A stretch of DNA of 64,000 bases from positions 33,825,761 to 33,889,760 of the forward strand of contig JASCQW010000137.1 in NCBI GenBank assembly GCA_030264375.1, read 5' to 3'. The translations under genes and the position numbers were made by a program. Positions 25,225 to 36,741 of this stretch are shown here, one piece after another. The notes beneath the pieces were generated by a model, which worked only from the letters and a program-made list of their open reading frames with translations, was not told the origin of the DNA and searched no databases. The DNA is from Carcharhinus longimanus. Its lineage: Eukaryota. The first letter of the stretch is position 1, and the number at the start of each line of letters is the position of its first letter.

Positions 25225-25529
25225 AACAGCATAGTGGCACAGTGGTTGGCACTGCTGCCTCACAGCACCAGGGACCCAGGCTCAATTCGGGCCTCGGGTC
25301 GCAGTCTGTGTGGAGTTTGCACGTTCTCACCGTGCCTCCGAATGCTCCCGTTTCCTCCCACTGCTCAAAGGGTTAAGTTGATTGGCCATGTTAAAATGAC
25401 CCTAGTGCCAGAAGATGAGCAGAGTAAATATGTGGGGTTACAGGAATAGGAACTGGGTGGAATTGTGGTCAGTGCAGACTCGATGGACTGAATGGCCTCC
25501 TTCTGCACTGTAGGGATTCTATGATTCTA
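25225..25529 (+). mobile_element. HE1-type V-SINE, tail A
   Basis: Family match. Confidence 0.85.
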
Positions 25530-26122
25530 AGAAGTGGTCCTTTAATACTCTATGAAGTGGTCTATCAATCATTCTGTTTCATTACTAATGCCTATTATCA
25601 TCATCTCCGGGCAACTCAGGATAGTTAATAATGAAGGGGTACTCTTGGCTTAGGATGGTGTTGCAAAACTGGTGATTTAGTAGCAAGTTACCGATCTCTC
25701 TGGATCTAAATGCCAGTTTGGAGAGATTTACAATGATCAACATTGCCCAATTTACACTATCATTCAAAGTCAAAATGTCCGTCCCTGTGGGTTTGCCAGC
25801 ATCACCCATGCGCAATAATAATGTTTTAAAAATGCAGTATTAGCAGCTTTATGCCTTTTCTTTCTATATTTGGATTGGGTTGTCAGCTTCGATTTGCAAA
25901 CATCAAGTGGCCATTTATGATTTATATGGTGTCATAGTTTTAAACAGATCATGCTCATAATTTGTGAGACTATTTTTACCATCAGTGGTAATATGAAGGT
26001 GATGGTAAAAGTGCACCACAGTCAACTGTTTGAATTTTATAATTCCTAATAAACCCTGATTTAACATTCCCATAGACGCTGCCATTATCAGTGAGGACAA
26101 TCAATGTTGGTTTATCCTAATT

Positions 26123-26403
26123 GGCACAGTGTGGTTAGCACTGCTGCCTCACAGCGCCAGGGATCTAGGTTCGATTCCTGGCTTGGGGGAATCACAGAAT
26201 CTGCACATTCTCCCTGTATCTGCGTGGGTTTCCTCCGGGTGCTCTTTCACACAGTCCGAAAGACATGCTGGTTAGGTGCATTGCCAATACTAAATTCTCC
26301 CTCGCTGTACCCAAACAGGCGCCGGAGTGTGGCGATTAGGGGATTGTCACAGTAACTTCATTGCACTGTTAATGTAAGTCTACTTGTGACATGAATAAAT
26401 AAA
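26123..26403 (+). mobile_element. V-SINE, tail B
   Basis: Family match. Confidence 0.82.
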
Positions 26404-27204
26404 CATGCCTGAATCACAATTATAGGATAGGACATCAGTCACAGTTGTTGCAGAATTTTGTTCTTTGCAAAATGAGTGAGACTAAAAAAACGTACATGCG
26501 AAGCAGCCAAGTTAAACGGGCACCACAATAATGTGAAGTCCACTCAGTGGGCATTACAATGCTTTAATATATGGGACAAAGCTGATGGCTTTGCAGTGGA
26601 TTTCCAGCTGATAAATCTGACAGTGAATCCACCATCTCCCAGTCTGAGAAATGAACGTTTCTGAAATCTATTGGGAAACTGCCGTTCTTCGTTTCCAAAG
26701 TTTGACAGCTTGCGAAAGCAGAAATGATTAGTTCTGGAGTTAATTAATGAACAGCAAGACATACTGAAGAGTTATCTATTCCCTAAATCAAATGGTGTAA
26801 CTTGAGGAGCACCAAATTCCATGCAGAAAATTAGAAGTTGATTTGATGAGTTTTTTTTCTAAAAACCAAAGACAGTAACATTTCAGTACTGTTGCAAGAT
26901 AATAACAGAAGCATTTGAAGAATTCCATTTGACTGCTAATGACCACTCTGTCACCTTCAGATTGTGTAGTATTTCGCAGTTTAGATAGACTAGTCACTGG
27001 ATGAGATTTCATCAGAAATTGATGATGTTATATGTCAGTAATATTTAATAAAAATGAATACTTCTGAGGGGCAACCAGGGGCGGCAATAAACGGTAGCCT
27101 AGCCACATCCTGTAAAAGGGTTTTAAAAAACCTAATCAGCTCAGTCCCAGTCTCACAGCGAAGATGGATCAAATCTGGATTAGTGATTCAATTAGAGATT
27201 GTTG

Positions 27205-27340
27205 TTTCAGCTCTGACGAAGGGTCACCCAGACTCGAAACGTTGGCTCGATTCTCTCACCACAGATGCTGTCAGACCTGATGAGAATTTCCAGCATTTTC
27301 TGTTTTGGTTTCAGATTCCAGCATCCGCAGTAATTTGCTT
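27205..27340 (+). mobile_element. Penelope-type repeat, family 2 (cagatgctg...cagcattttctgttt...tcagatt)
   Basis: Decayed relatives at about 140-245, 10320-10470, 20180-20270 and 52320-52830. Confidence 0.5.
27209..27247 (+). ncRNA. Minimal type I hammerhead ribozyme motif in a Penelope-type repeat
   Basis: AGCT-CTGACGA-A-GGGTC acca GACTC-GAAA-CG-TT-GGCT (loop ACCCA): core boxes, 5-bp stem II, 4-bp stem I, palindromic AACGTT. Confidence 0.6.
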
Positions 27341-28019
27341 AAAATCTTAAAGAGATTTTCTTTTTTGTTGCAATCTTCAGATATAATATGTGACCGATCG
27401 GTGCGGAGCTTAATTTGTTGGGTGAGTTAAGCCACTTCTTAACTTTGGTTTGCAAAATATTTGACTGGAAAAGGATCATTAACATTTCAAAGAAAAAAAG
27501 ATTCTTGTGTTTAAGTGCTCAAATACAATCCTGAATGAAATAAAAACAATTTTGTGCCTTTTACCTCAGTGATTTGAGGTGTAATTTGCTAGTAAATGTG
27601 GCAATTAACCAAATCTGTCACTTGCTTTATTTTGAAATACACTACAGCAAACTAGCCATTGTAAACAAGACTAACGTAGCGGACACTGGCTTCTGAATGG
27701 AGCCATTATACCCTAGGGATTCAATATTTCATACCACTATCTAAATTAGCTGAGCGATTAGGCTGTTTACAAAAATGCCAATATGTTTGCAGATTGACCT
27801 CTAGTGATTACTAAATGAAATCACAGAGAGGAAAAAAAGCACAAAGCATTGATTACTGTAATTTTGTGCCTTTGTGTCTTAATTATATAGACATTAACAA
27901 TCTCTTCCCCAAGGGTATAATAGAGTAAATAGTGACTGATTGTTATCTGGCAGCAGAACTAGAAAGACTGCACCTTTATCTTTCTCACAGATGTAACTTC
28001 TATGGTACAATGACACTCA

Positions 28020-28950
28020 GAATGTGAAGAATATAGAGACAGGAGTTGGGCCTTTATCTTTTTCTGTCTGTTCGCTTTTCACTTGCATCATGTCTAATTT
28101 CTATTTCAATTCAATTTTGTAGCCCTTGAGCCTTATTTCTTACCTAATTAAAATCTAGCCATTTCCTAGTTTTGAAATTCTTGATTGATTTAGCCTCAAA
28201 AGGGTTTCAGGGAGAGAGTTGCAGATTTCCACTGCCCTCTGTGTGTGTGGAGGGGTCCCTTCTAACTTTAAGAGCATTCAAATGGTCAGTGGATAGGCAT
28301 ATGGATAACATTGGAATAGTTTAGGTTAGAGGGTCATTAGATTGGTTCCACTGGTCGGCACAACATCGAGGGCCGAAGGGCCTGTACTGCGCTGTAATGT
28401 TCTATGTTCTAACATCAGCCCTGAACAGCCTAGATTTTATTTTAGCATTATGCCCTTTTGTTCAGGAATTTACAGCCCGAAAAATAATTTCTATCTGCCC
28501 TATCAAATTCCTTAAACGTCTAAATTAGTTCACTCCTTAACCTGTAGTCTAAGAACCTTTATAATTTAACCTTTTTAGTGTCAGAATCATTCTAGCCAAT
28601 CTGCACTGTAGCTCTTCCAAGTCTAAGAGTACCCAGAATGGAAAGCTTGTCTAACCAAAGCGTTATACAGCTGTGGGATACTTTACAGCTCTTTGGTCTT
28701 CAGTTCAAATTGACAGGAACGCAATGTTCAATCTGCCTGTTTTATTATTTTTGTACCTGCTCACTAGTTTTTGGCAATTCCCATCAGTCCCTCCATGGTT
28801 CCCAATTTCTCATCGTTTAGATAAGACTCAGATCTATCTTTCTTAGCTCCATAGAGGATGAACTCCTACTTCTCCTCATGGAATATCATCTGCTAGAGTT
28901 TGACCTCTCACTTAATCTAGCAATGCCACTTCGCAACATTCAGCTCCTGT
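28020..28950 (-). mobile_element. Decayed CR1-type LINE, with a + strand LINE tail inserted at about 28270-28410
   Basis: gagagagttgcagatttccactgccctctg and related CR1 motifs. Confidence 0.55.
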
Positions 28951-29483
28951 TTACTTATTCCGCCACCAACAGAATTGGAACGGGCGAGGGGCAAACCATG
29001 GAAAGGTCTGTTGACCTCAGGCGGGATTTTCCGGTTTTGGTGCCAGTGTAGCTGAAAAATTCTGCCCGTTGTGTCACTTAACTTATTGTTTCCACAAATT
29101 CAGATGGATGATTCTTTAATTCCCTACATTACAGCCCTAAAGGGTATTTTGTGAATGTCAAAGCAGTGCAGTGTTTTCATACTACTGCCCTTAAGAACAG
29201 TCACCATTTATGTGATGTTCTAGTTTTGCATGCTACCCAAACAAATGTGATAGTGCATTATGCCTTCATAATGCACAACATTAGGTCCAGTAGGCAGGAC
29301 ACCTTTCAGACCAGAATGTATTCACTAATCTGCCTAGTTATATCGATGCACACCATTGGCTGATCCAGCTTGCTCCGTGTGCTAGAAGCTCAGGTCGCAG
29401 TCAAACAGAATGGCAGGAGTGCGAGGAGAGGAAAGTTCCAGAAGCTGGCTGACACAGACACAGCAGCCGCGACACACTCTTAC

Positions 29484-29705
29484 CTTGCTCGTTCAGCCTC
29501 AGGTAGTGGGCCGCTAGGAGGAGGAGTGGGGGAGGGAGAAGAGGAAGTTTCTACAGACTGCTCGGGAATTGGCGACTGACACGAAGCAGCGAGTTCGGCG
29601 GGCGGAGGAGGGGGCTGAGTGCCAGGCAGGGTAGAGGATGTTTTTCGGACTACGGAGGAGCCTCTGCGGGCCACCCAGGATGTGTCCATTACCCTCACAC
29701 CCATG
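29484..29705 (-). CDS. ARHGAP44: ARHGAP44 Pro-rich exon (SMGVRVMDTSWVARRGSS...PLPEAERA)
   Basis: 222 nt, tag|C ATG...AG|gtaaga, phase 2-2; MGVRVMDTxWVARRGSS matches human. Confidence 0.95.
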
Positions 29706-31226
29706 CTACAGGAACACAGAGACACCATCAACACTTTGAAGAAGAAAAGCACACTAGGCTTCAAAATAAAATAGCTTCAGTGGCAGACAGAGAATTCTTT
29801 TCAAAGTACATTTAATTACAGTAAAGAGAAAGGACAGCTTAACAGTAATTACTTCTACTCTCGAGTTACAATATGATAACCTCACTTTCCCATGATAAAT
29901 AATGTTGGATTAACAAATTTTGTGGAGATTATAAGCTGTGAATGCTAGGTTAGAAGCCTGGTCTTGCTGTTCGTGACTACTAAAACGTGGCCTGCGTGTT
30001 GTTAAGGAAGTGTTAATGATTTTTGATGAATAACAACCACTGCTGTGCCAGTTTAGAACTAGTGCATTTGTTATATCTTTGTGGGCATCTTTTCATGTCC
30101 TGTGAATTTAGGGCTGGAATCTGCACATTAACTAGATTGTAAAACAATAACATGTGTAACACAGGTGAATGCCCTGCACAATGTTGACACGTGTATTATA
30201 TAGCAGATTTTAACCACTGACTTTAAGGTTTTACGAAATATTTTTGCACAGCAAAATAGTAACACCAGAAAATCAGAAGCTTGAGATAAGATGGTTTATC
30301 TTTCCTGAAAAGTAATTTATAATGTGATTATATATATGATACACATGCAATTCTAGTCGACCTCTCCGTGCAAAGAAAAACAGAAGAACTCTTTTTTTAA
30401 GGTCAGGAGTATCAGACCATTTTACTGTTGCTAAAATTTAGATGCATGTCCCTGTCAGGTCAGGAGGTTCAATTGCTGTTTGAATTCACGGAAGTGCTGA
30501 TTGTTTGAGCAGATTCTCAGTTCAATTCCAGATCAAGCTGACATTCTATTCTTTAAAAAAAAATTTATTTCAAATGTGGATGGTAAAGTCAATTCAAGGC
30601 TGGAGATATTCTGACTTCCAGGTATTTTCTACCATTGAGGAGGATTCAATGTTGTGGATCATTGTCTATTTATTTCTATTTGGGGCCAATCAAAATTTCA
30701 CTTACTGGTTGTTCAGTGAACTGTGTAGCTTGCCAAATCTTTGTATGTTTAAATTACAGCCTTACTTTGTCCTTATTTTAAAGGGGTTATTTTGCATCTA
30801 TGGTATCTGATGTGAGAGGAACAAAATCAAAATGGATCCTTGGCATACCCACGTGTATGTTAGAACGTAACCATGACGACTTTATATCGGACGTAATGTG
30901 ACCAATGGTAACAAGCTATAAGAGTCAACTGACCCAGTAAACCTTCAAACCAATTGCAGAATGATGTGATGGTCAGCTGACCAACGATAAATAAGAACCT
31001 ATTGGGAATGGTGAGACACTTGGATTGGCTCAGGACNNNNNGACGAGGCTCCAAGTTTGCAGTAATGAAGTTTCTTTATTAAACCCTTTCTTTCATTTGT
31101 AAGTTGGAATAAGTTATACGTTTATAGTCTGCACTTGAAGAATTCCTTCTGAAGAAGCAGTGCACACATATCATACGCACATTCATATATGTATATACCC
31201 TTACGTAAGTATGCTGATACACATGT

Positions 31227-31228
<2 letters not shown>

Positions 31229-31259
<31 letters not shown>
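31229..31259. repeat. (CA)n microsatellite
   Basis: About 15 CA units. Confidence 0.95.
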
Positions 31260-31261
<2 letters not shown>

Positions 31262-31396
31262 GGTGCAGGAAATAGCATTCACTTAAATAACACAAATCGT
31301 TTTTGGCAGCTGCATATATGACAGTGGACTGTAGTTTCAGCAATGCTGCTTGTTACAATTTAAATTTGTTACATTTTAAATTTCCAAATGGCATGA

Positions 31397-31533
31397 TGGT
31401 TAGGTGCATTGGCCATGCTAAATTCTCCCCCAGCATACCCGCACAGATGCCGGAGTGTGGCGACTAGGGGATTTTCACAGTAACTTCATTACAGAGTTAA
31501 TGTAAGCCTACTTGTGGCACTAATAAGTAAACT
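31397..31533 (+). mobile_element. V-SINE tail B fragment
   Basis: Family match. Confidence 0.8.
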
Positions 31534-34500
31534 TATATGCTGATTAATTGTGAGAATCTGCTCACTTTAGTGCATCAGAAAGGTTCTCAGCACAGGTACT
31601 TGTAAAAGGTTTATCATATCAAAGATATTTAACTTGCCAAGTGCAAACTGGCGTACACCAATGAAACTATTAAATGCTTAAGAATAGGTTTTTCTTTTAT
31701 CATTTTCAGTGATTTTAAATCATGTCACTCACACCGTCACTCAGGCCCATAACCTCTTTGGAATGGCAGTCAGTGGTGGATTGTCGCTCCATATTAACTT
31801 ACAATTGCTTGAAATCCAAAGGCCCTGTTTTGTCCAACCTCCCTGATTCAGTCTGGGGGAGATTGATGCAGTGAGCCAGCTTGGACTTCATCAGCGAGGT
31901 GTGAAAGGAGTGCAGTGAAGGACGATAAGCCCTCTTTTCACTGCACTAGCTGCCGTAAAGCTGGAGGGTTTAAATGGACCACTGAAAGGGAGAAGGTTAA
32001 GTTTAAAAGGAGAGTGAATGGGATGTGTGGCTGGAGGCTCAGACATTGGCAGAGGAGTTTGTTGTGTCCGGTCTGGCTGGGTCAGAGATTTGGGGGAGTT
32101 GTAGGGGATGGTCGGGTCGACTCTGGGCATAGAAGGCGGTGTCAGGTTGAGTTGGGTGGGGGCTGGGCCAGGGTGTGGTTAGGATGCCTCTGGACATGGC
32201 AGTGGGCAGGGAAAAGGGAGGTGTCAGGTCGGATGAGGGGTGTTGGGTCTGGACATTGGGGGTTCCAGGTTTGGTTCAGACATCGGTGTGGGGGGAGGTG
32301 CTCATTTGCGTTGAGGGGCGGGGAAGAAGAAAAATTGAGCCTGGTCAGGTCGCGGGTTGGAGGGGGGGTCCAGCCAGGGGAAGAGGTTTACATGGTTGGG
32401 GTGGGTCCTCTGGGGATTTAGGGGTGTCCTGTGTGGGGCTCAGCCTGGGTCTTTAAAATAGTTTCTCTGGAGTGAGAAGTGTTTTTATCCTCCTAACTTT
32501 TTCATAGTAACCATCAGAGTAAAACTGGCAGAACCGTCTGAAATTAGTGATTCAAATAGCTTTGTCAGATGGTTCCCAGCCCAGTGCAATTGTCCAGGGG
32601 AAGTTTGCCCTTCTGGACAATGTCAGATAAACCCTTACTTGCGAATTTCCAAGAGGAATTCCCCATCTCATCATTGGGGTGGCCACCCCTCCCCCAGCCC
32701 CAGATGTGATGCTGGGGAGCCAGGAAGACATGGCCCATTAAAAATACTTTTTTTGATGATAAGCCCATTTCCAACTATATGATTAAAACTGCAGCAGTTT
32801 ACCACTCTCAAATACATCAAGGAACATTTTGAAATAGAAAAAAGATAATTAAGTTCTATTAGGCTGCTCAATTACTCTGGTCTATCGAATAATTCAGCTC
32901 GAATTTTCACTCCAAGTTTGGGAATGGAGAGTCGGGACAATTCGTGGTTTCTCAAAACTGACTTGGGGAAAAATGTTGTGGAATTTTGATCTGATGAATT
33001 CACTATATCAGATAAAACACATTGATAAAACCTAATTTTGCTACATTTAAATTCCATCAACCACTTAATCCCATATGATAACAATCATTAGTATTCATGG
33101 TCCCACTTCAAAGACTTGATAAGAACATGCAGCTGTCAATTAAACTCTGAACTGACAGGTACCCCGCTGTGATAATAATAGGTTATGAAATTAGCCGTGT
33201 AGCACTAACTGTATAATGATAGATCTGTGTCAACAGAAATAGTGAGAACTGACTTTTTTTTAACCAACAGTGCAATTTTTTCTTCAAGACATTCAAATGT
33301 CTTGGCAGCTTGACAGTTCTCTTGGTAGTTCCAATTAGTTTTTTGCACTTTTTATATACATTTGTGTCTAAGTTTATCAATCCCAAAGGGCACCTGGCTT
33401 CTCCTGAAAGATCCCAGGACCATATCCAAATGTGTACCTTACCTCTCCAAAGAAGGCCGTCAGTTTTAGACTTCCTCCTGCCAGGTCTAAAATGCACATG
33501 TTGTGTTTTGGACATCTCACCAGCCAAAATCAGATCTGATTGAGGAAACGTCACTTTAACACGTGCAATTGCCTCTGTGAACCCAGATGTGCACATTGAA
33601 ACTTGCCCCCATATTCTGCCCTGCAAAACTGGTGGAGACCAGGTTCAGCAGTGAGATTTCCAGATCTGGGCCTCTTCTGCCATTTTCGCTAAGAGGGAGA
33701 GCCTCTTAATCTGCCTGGAAATTCTGATCTTTATCTTTGTGATTACGTAAAATAATTTTTGCAAAATCCCGAATTGGAAAACTAACCAGAACAATTTAAA
33801 ACACCTTGTGAGTGCAATTGCCTGACTGTGCCCAGAGCAGAAATTCCATCCCCATGTACGAAATTCATCTTAAATGGTCTTAATTTTGGGGGGGGGGGGG
33901 GGGGGCAAATCAAGATTAAGTTCGCTGTTGTTCCTTACGAGTGAACAATAAGTCATTTTTATTTGAGAAATGGATCTTACAAAGACAGGAATAGAAGTGC
34001 AGAATAAACAATGTTCTGGAAAGAGGGCAAAGGTAGAAACGCAGATGGGAAGAATACAAATGAAAAACTATGAGCTATGAACTGAGATAATTTGTTTCAT
34101 TTTTGTCATGGACTGACCAAATTTTAATCTGCATCGTGAATATGCTGCAGTATCAATTTTCATGGTCAGAGCTTCATGCCTTATTTCAATATTAGGTTGG
34201 TCACCTCTGCCTCCCTCAACTACACTGACATATTTACTCCGGCGTGCACCTCACACAGCGCACCAACAATCAGAACTTGTTAAAGGTATAGCACAGATAA
34301 CATCTGAATAATTGACTGGACGGATTTTCATGGCTCTGGGATAGATCAGGGAAGTGGGATGAATTGGGTAGCCCTTCCACGGAACTACTGCAGGCACAAT
34401 GAGAAAACTGTCCCCAATCTACCCCACCTCCACTGGTGTGTTCTAAACAGATTTAACTTACTTCATGACGACCCCAGATCAGTCAAACAATTCAATCTCC

Positions 34501-34537
34501 AAGTAGCTGTTAATTCCATGAACCTTTTCCCCTTGGA

Positions 34538-34846
34538 TGGCATGGTGGCACTGCTGCCTCACAGCACCAGGAAATCCGGGTTCAATTCCCAGCTTGGGTC
34601 ACTGTCTGTGCGGAGTTTGCATGTTGTCCCCGTGTCTGTGTGGGTTTCCCTCGAGTGGTCCGGTTCCCTCCCACAGTTCAAAGATGTGCGGGTTAGGTGG
34701 ACTGGCCATGCTGAATTGACCCTAGTGTCAGTGGATTAGCAGGGTAAATATGTGGGGTTACGGGAATAGGGCCTGAGTGGGATTGTGGTTGGTGTAGGGT
34801 CGATGGGCCAGATGGCCTCTTTCTGCACCACAGGGATTCTATGATT
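34538..34846 (+). mobile_element. HE1-type V-SINE, tail A
   Basis: Family match. Confidence 0.85.
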
Positions 34847-35375
34847 AACTTTACACATCAAATATCCTCATTGAGAAATGTAAGATCTTGTTTTGGGTGA
34901 AACGTGGGGAGGAAGAGTCTATGTGGGAATTGGATACATGCTGGTTATACCAGCCACAGGATGGTGAAGGAGACTGAAAGTCTACAGAACTAATGAAAAA
35001 CTCTCCATCCCTCTAACGTTTAGAACTCCATGTTCATCCATATTGCAAACATACACTTCATCAGTGTTTTCTATCAACATGGGATGAAATCTTTGGACAA
35101 AGTTCTTTCCGACTGCTTAATTCATAGTCCAGGTCACACACATGGCCAGCTTTAGAATATTTACCATCTTACTCTTCAATGCTATTTCAATTCTTAAAAT
35201 ACATTCACGCAAAAAATCAGGAACTGGCATATCAGAGAGGTAGAAATTTTTAGATGTGATTTATGGTAATTTCTGTTTTCTATTTATAAATGTTGTTAGC
35301 CTTCCTATCTCAGTGACTGTCCCTCTCTCATCTTATTATCAACAGCCAGTCACACAGATGCATTGAATACAGTAC

Positions 35376-35393
35376 CTTTGGATTTTCCTAAGG
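35376..35393 (-). CDS. ARHGAP44: ARHGAP44 18-nt microexon (G-LRKIQ-S)
   Basis: tttctgctatcgcag|C CTT AGG AAA ATC CAA AG|gtactg; restores human DGLRKIQSMGVR. Confidence 0.92.
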
Positions 35394-36690
35394 CTGCGAT
35401 AGCAGAAATAGAATAATACTATTTAGAACATAACAAAGGATTAAATGAATCAAAGAGCAGTCATTGCAAAGGTAGCAGATTCCTGTTAAGCAAAACAAGT
35501 GAACTTGACAAAGAAAATATTGATTTAGCAGGAACTTTTAACAGAAGTTTTCACAGGAAGTGCCTGTAACACTTTAACTGAGTGGTGAAAAGACACATAT
35601 TTTGACAGGCTACTTGCTGTACTGTAAACTTCCATTACTGGTTCCTGATGACTGGGAAATTAAATTGGGAAAGATATACACTGGCATGTTGCGCAGCAGC
35701 TCACAAGCACAGAGGTGATGTAATGCTTGGGCAGTTAGGTTCACTGACAGGGAGTCCCATGGGCTGATACAGCCTGGGCAAAGAACGGTGTGGCACAATT
35801 CTGGAGGCAGGCAGGCTTCTCTAGCCTCTTGCTGAGAAGTGGCAAGGCGAGGATCTGGAAAGCAACTTTTAAATGGGACATGGCGAATAGGAAAAGGAGT
35901 TTAATTTATGTGTCACCTTTATCAATATCTCCGGCCACCTTGCTGAATTACTTTTAGAATCTCTATCACTGTGAAGATGTGGAGAAGTATGTGTGTAGAA
36001 AAGTTCCACAAGCAGCAACTAATCTACTTCTGGTGGCAATTGAAGGAAAGAATGTTGGCCAGGATTCCTGGAACACTTGCTGTTTTTTTCCAATAGTGTT
36101 ATGAGGCAGGGCCTCAGTTTAGCATTATTACCAGGCTCCCTCAGTACAGCACTGAAGTGTCAGCCTAAACTGTGTACAAAAGTGGGGCTGGAAACCATAG
36201 CTAGCTCAGCTGGAAGGAACCGAGGCTATGTGGCAGCACTTTAAGTTACGATTATTGGGCACAAAATGTTGTCACTTAAATATTTCATTACCCTCAGTGC
36301 TTCCACAATAAATAAAAACATTATGAAATTAAAAAAAACACTGCAAATTCAAAAACATTGGAAGTATTTTAAGAAAAATGTTAGATAATTAATTGGAGTA
36401 AATGTACTAAAGACACATTAGAAAAAGAAAGTCACTTTCCTTTAATTACATTTAATAAACTTCACAGTACCCCTCCATCCTCTCCCCAGAGTCTATGTGG
36501 AGATATGCAAATGTATACCAAATTCAACATCAGCTTAGAATGTTACACAGCAGAGTGCGGACTGTAAATTAAATACAGACTCTGGCAAACAATTAACTGG
36601 AATGAAAAGATTTACAAAACACTAAAAGATTATTTTACGCTGATAATTTTAACGTGCTGTATTTTGGTGGAAAGTCAAAAAATTGCTTAC

Positions 36691-36741
36691 CGCAGTAGCC
36701 ACGTTGGACAAGATGCAGAACGTGATCTCATGTAATTTGGG
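36691..36741 (-). CDS. ARHGAP44: Candidate 51-nt in-frame cassette exon (PNYMRSRSASCPTWLLR)
   Basis: cacag|C...CG|gtaagc, phase 2-2 like its neighbours, no stop; strong donor, moderate acceptor; no homolog recalled. Confidence 0.35.

Noticed and set aside
31891-32456. ORFs up to 168 aa in G-rich sequence
   Set aside because: Low-complexity, strand-skewed sequence resembling repeat interiors (similar to 47700-48070); no domain or splice support
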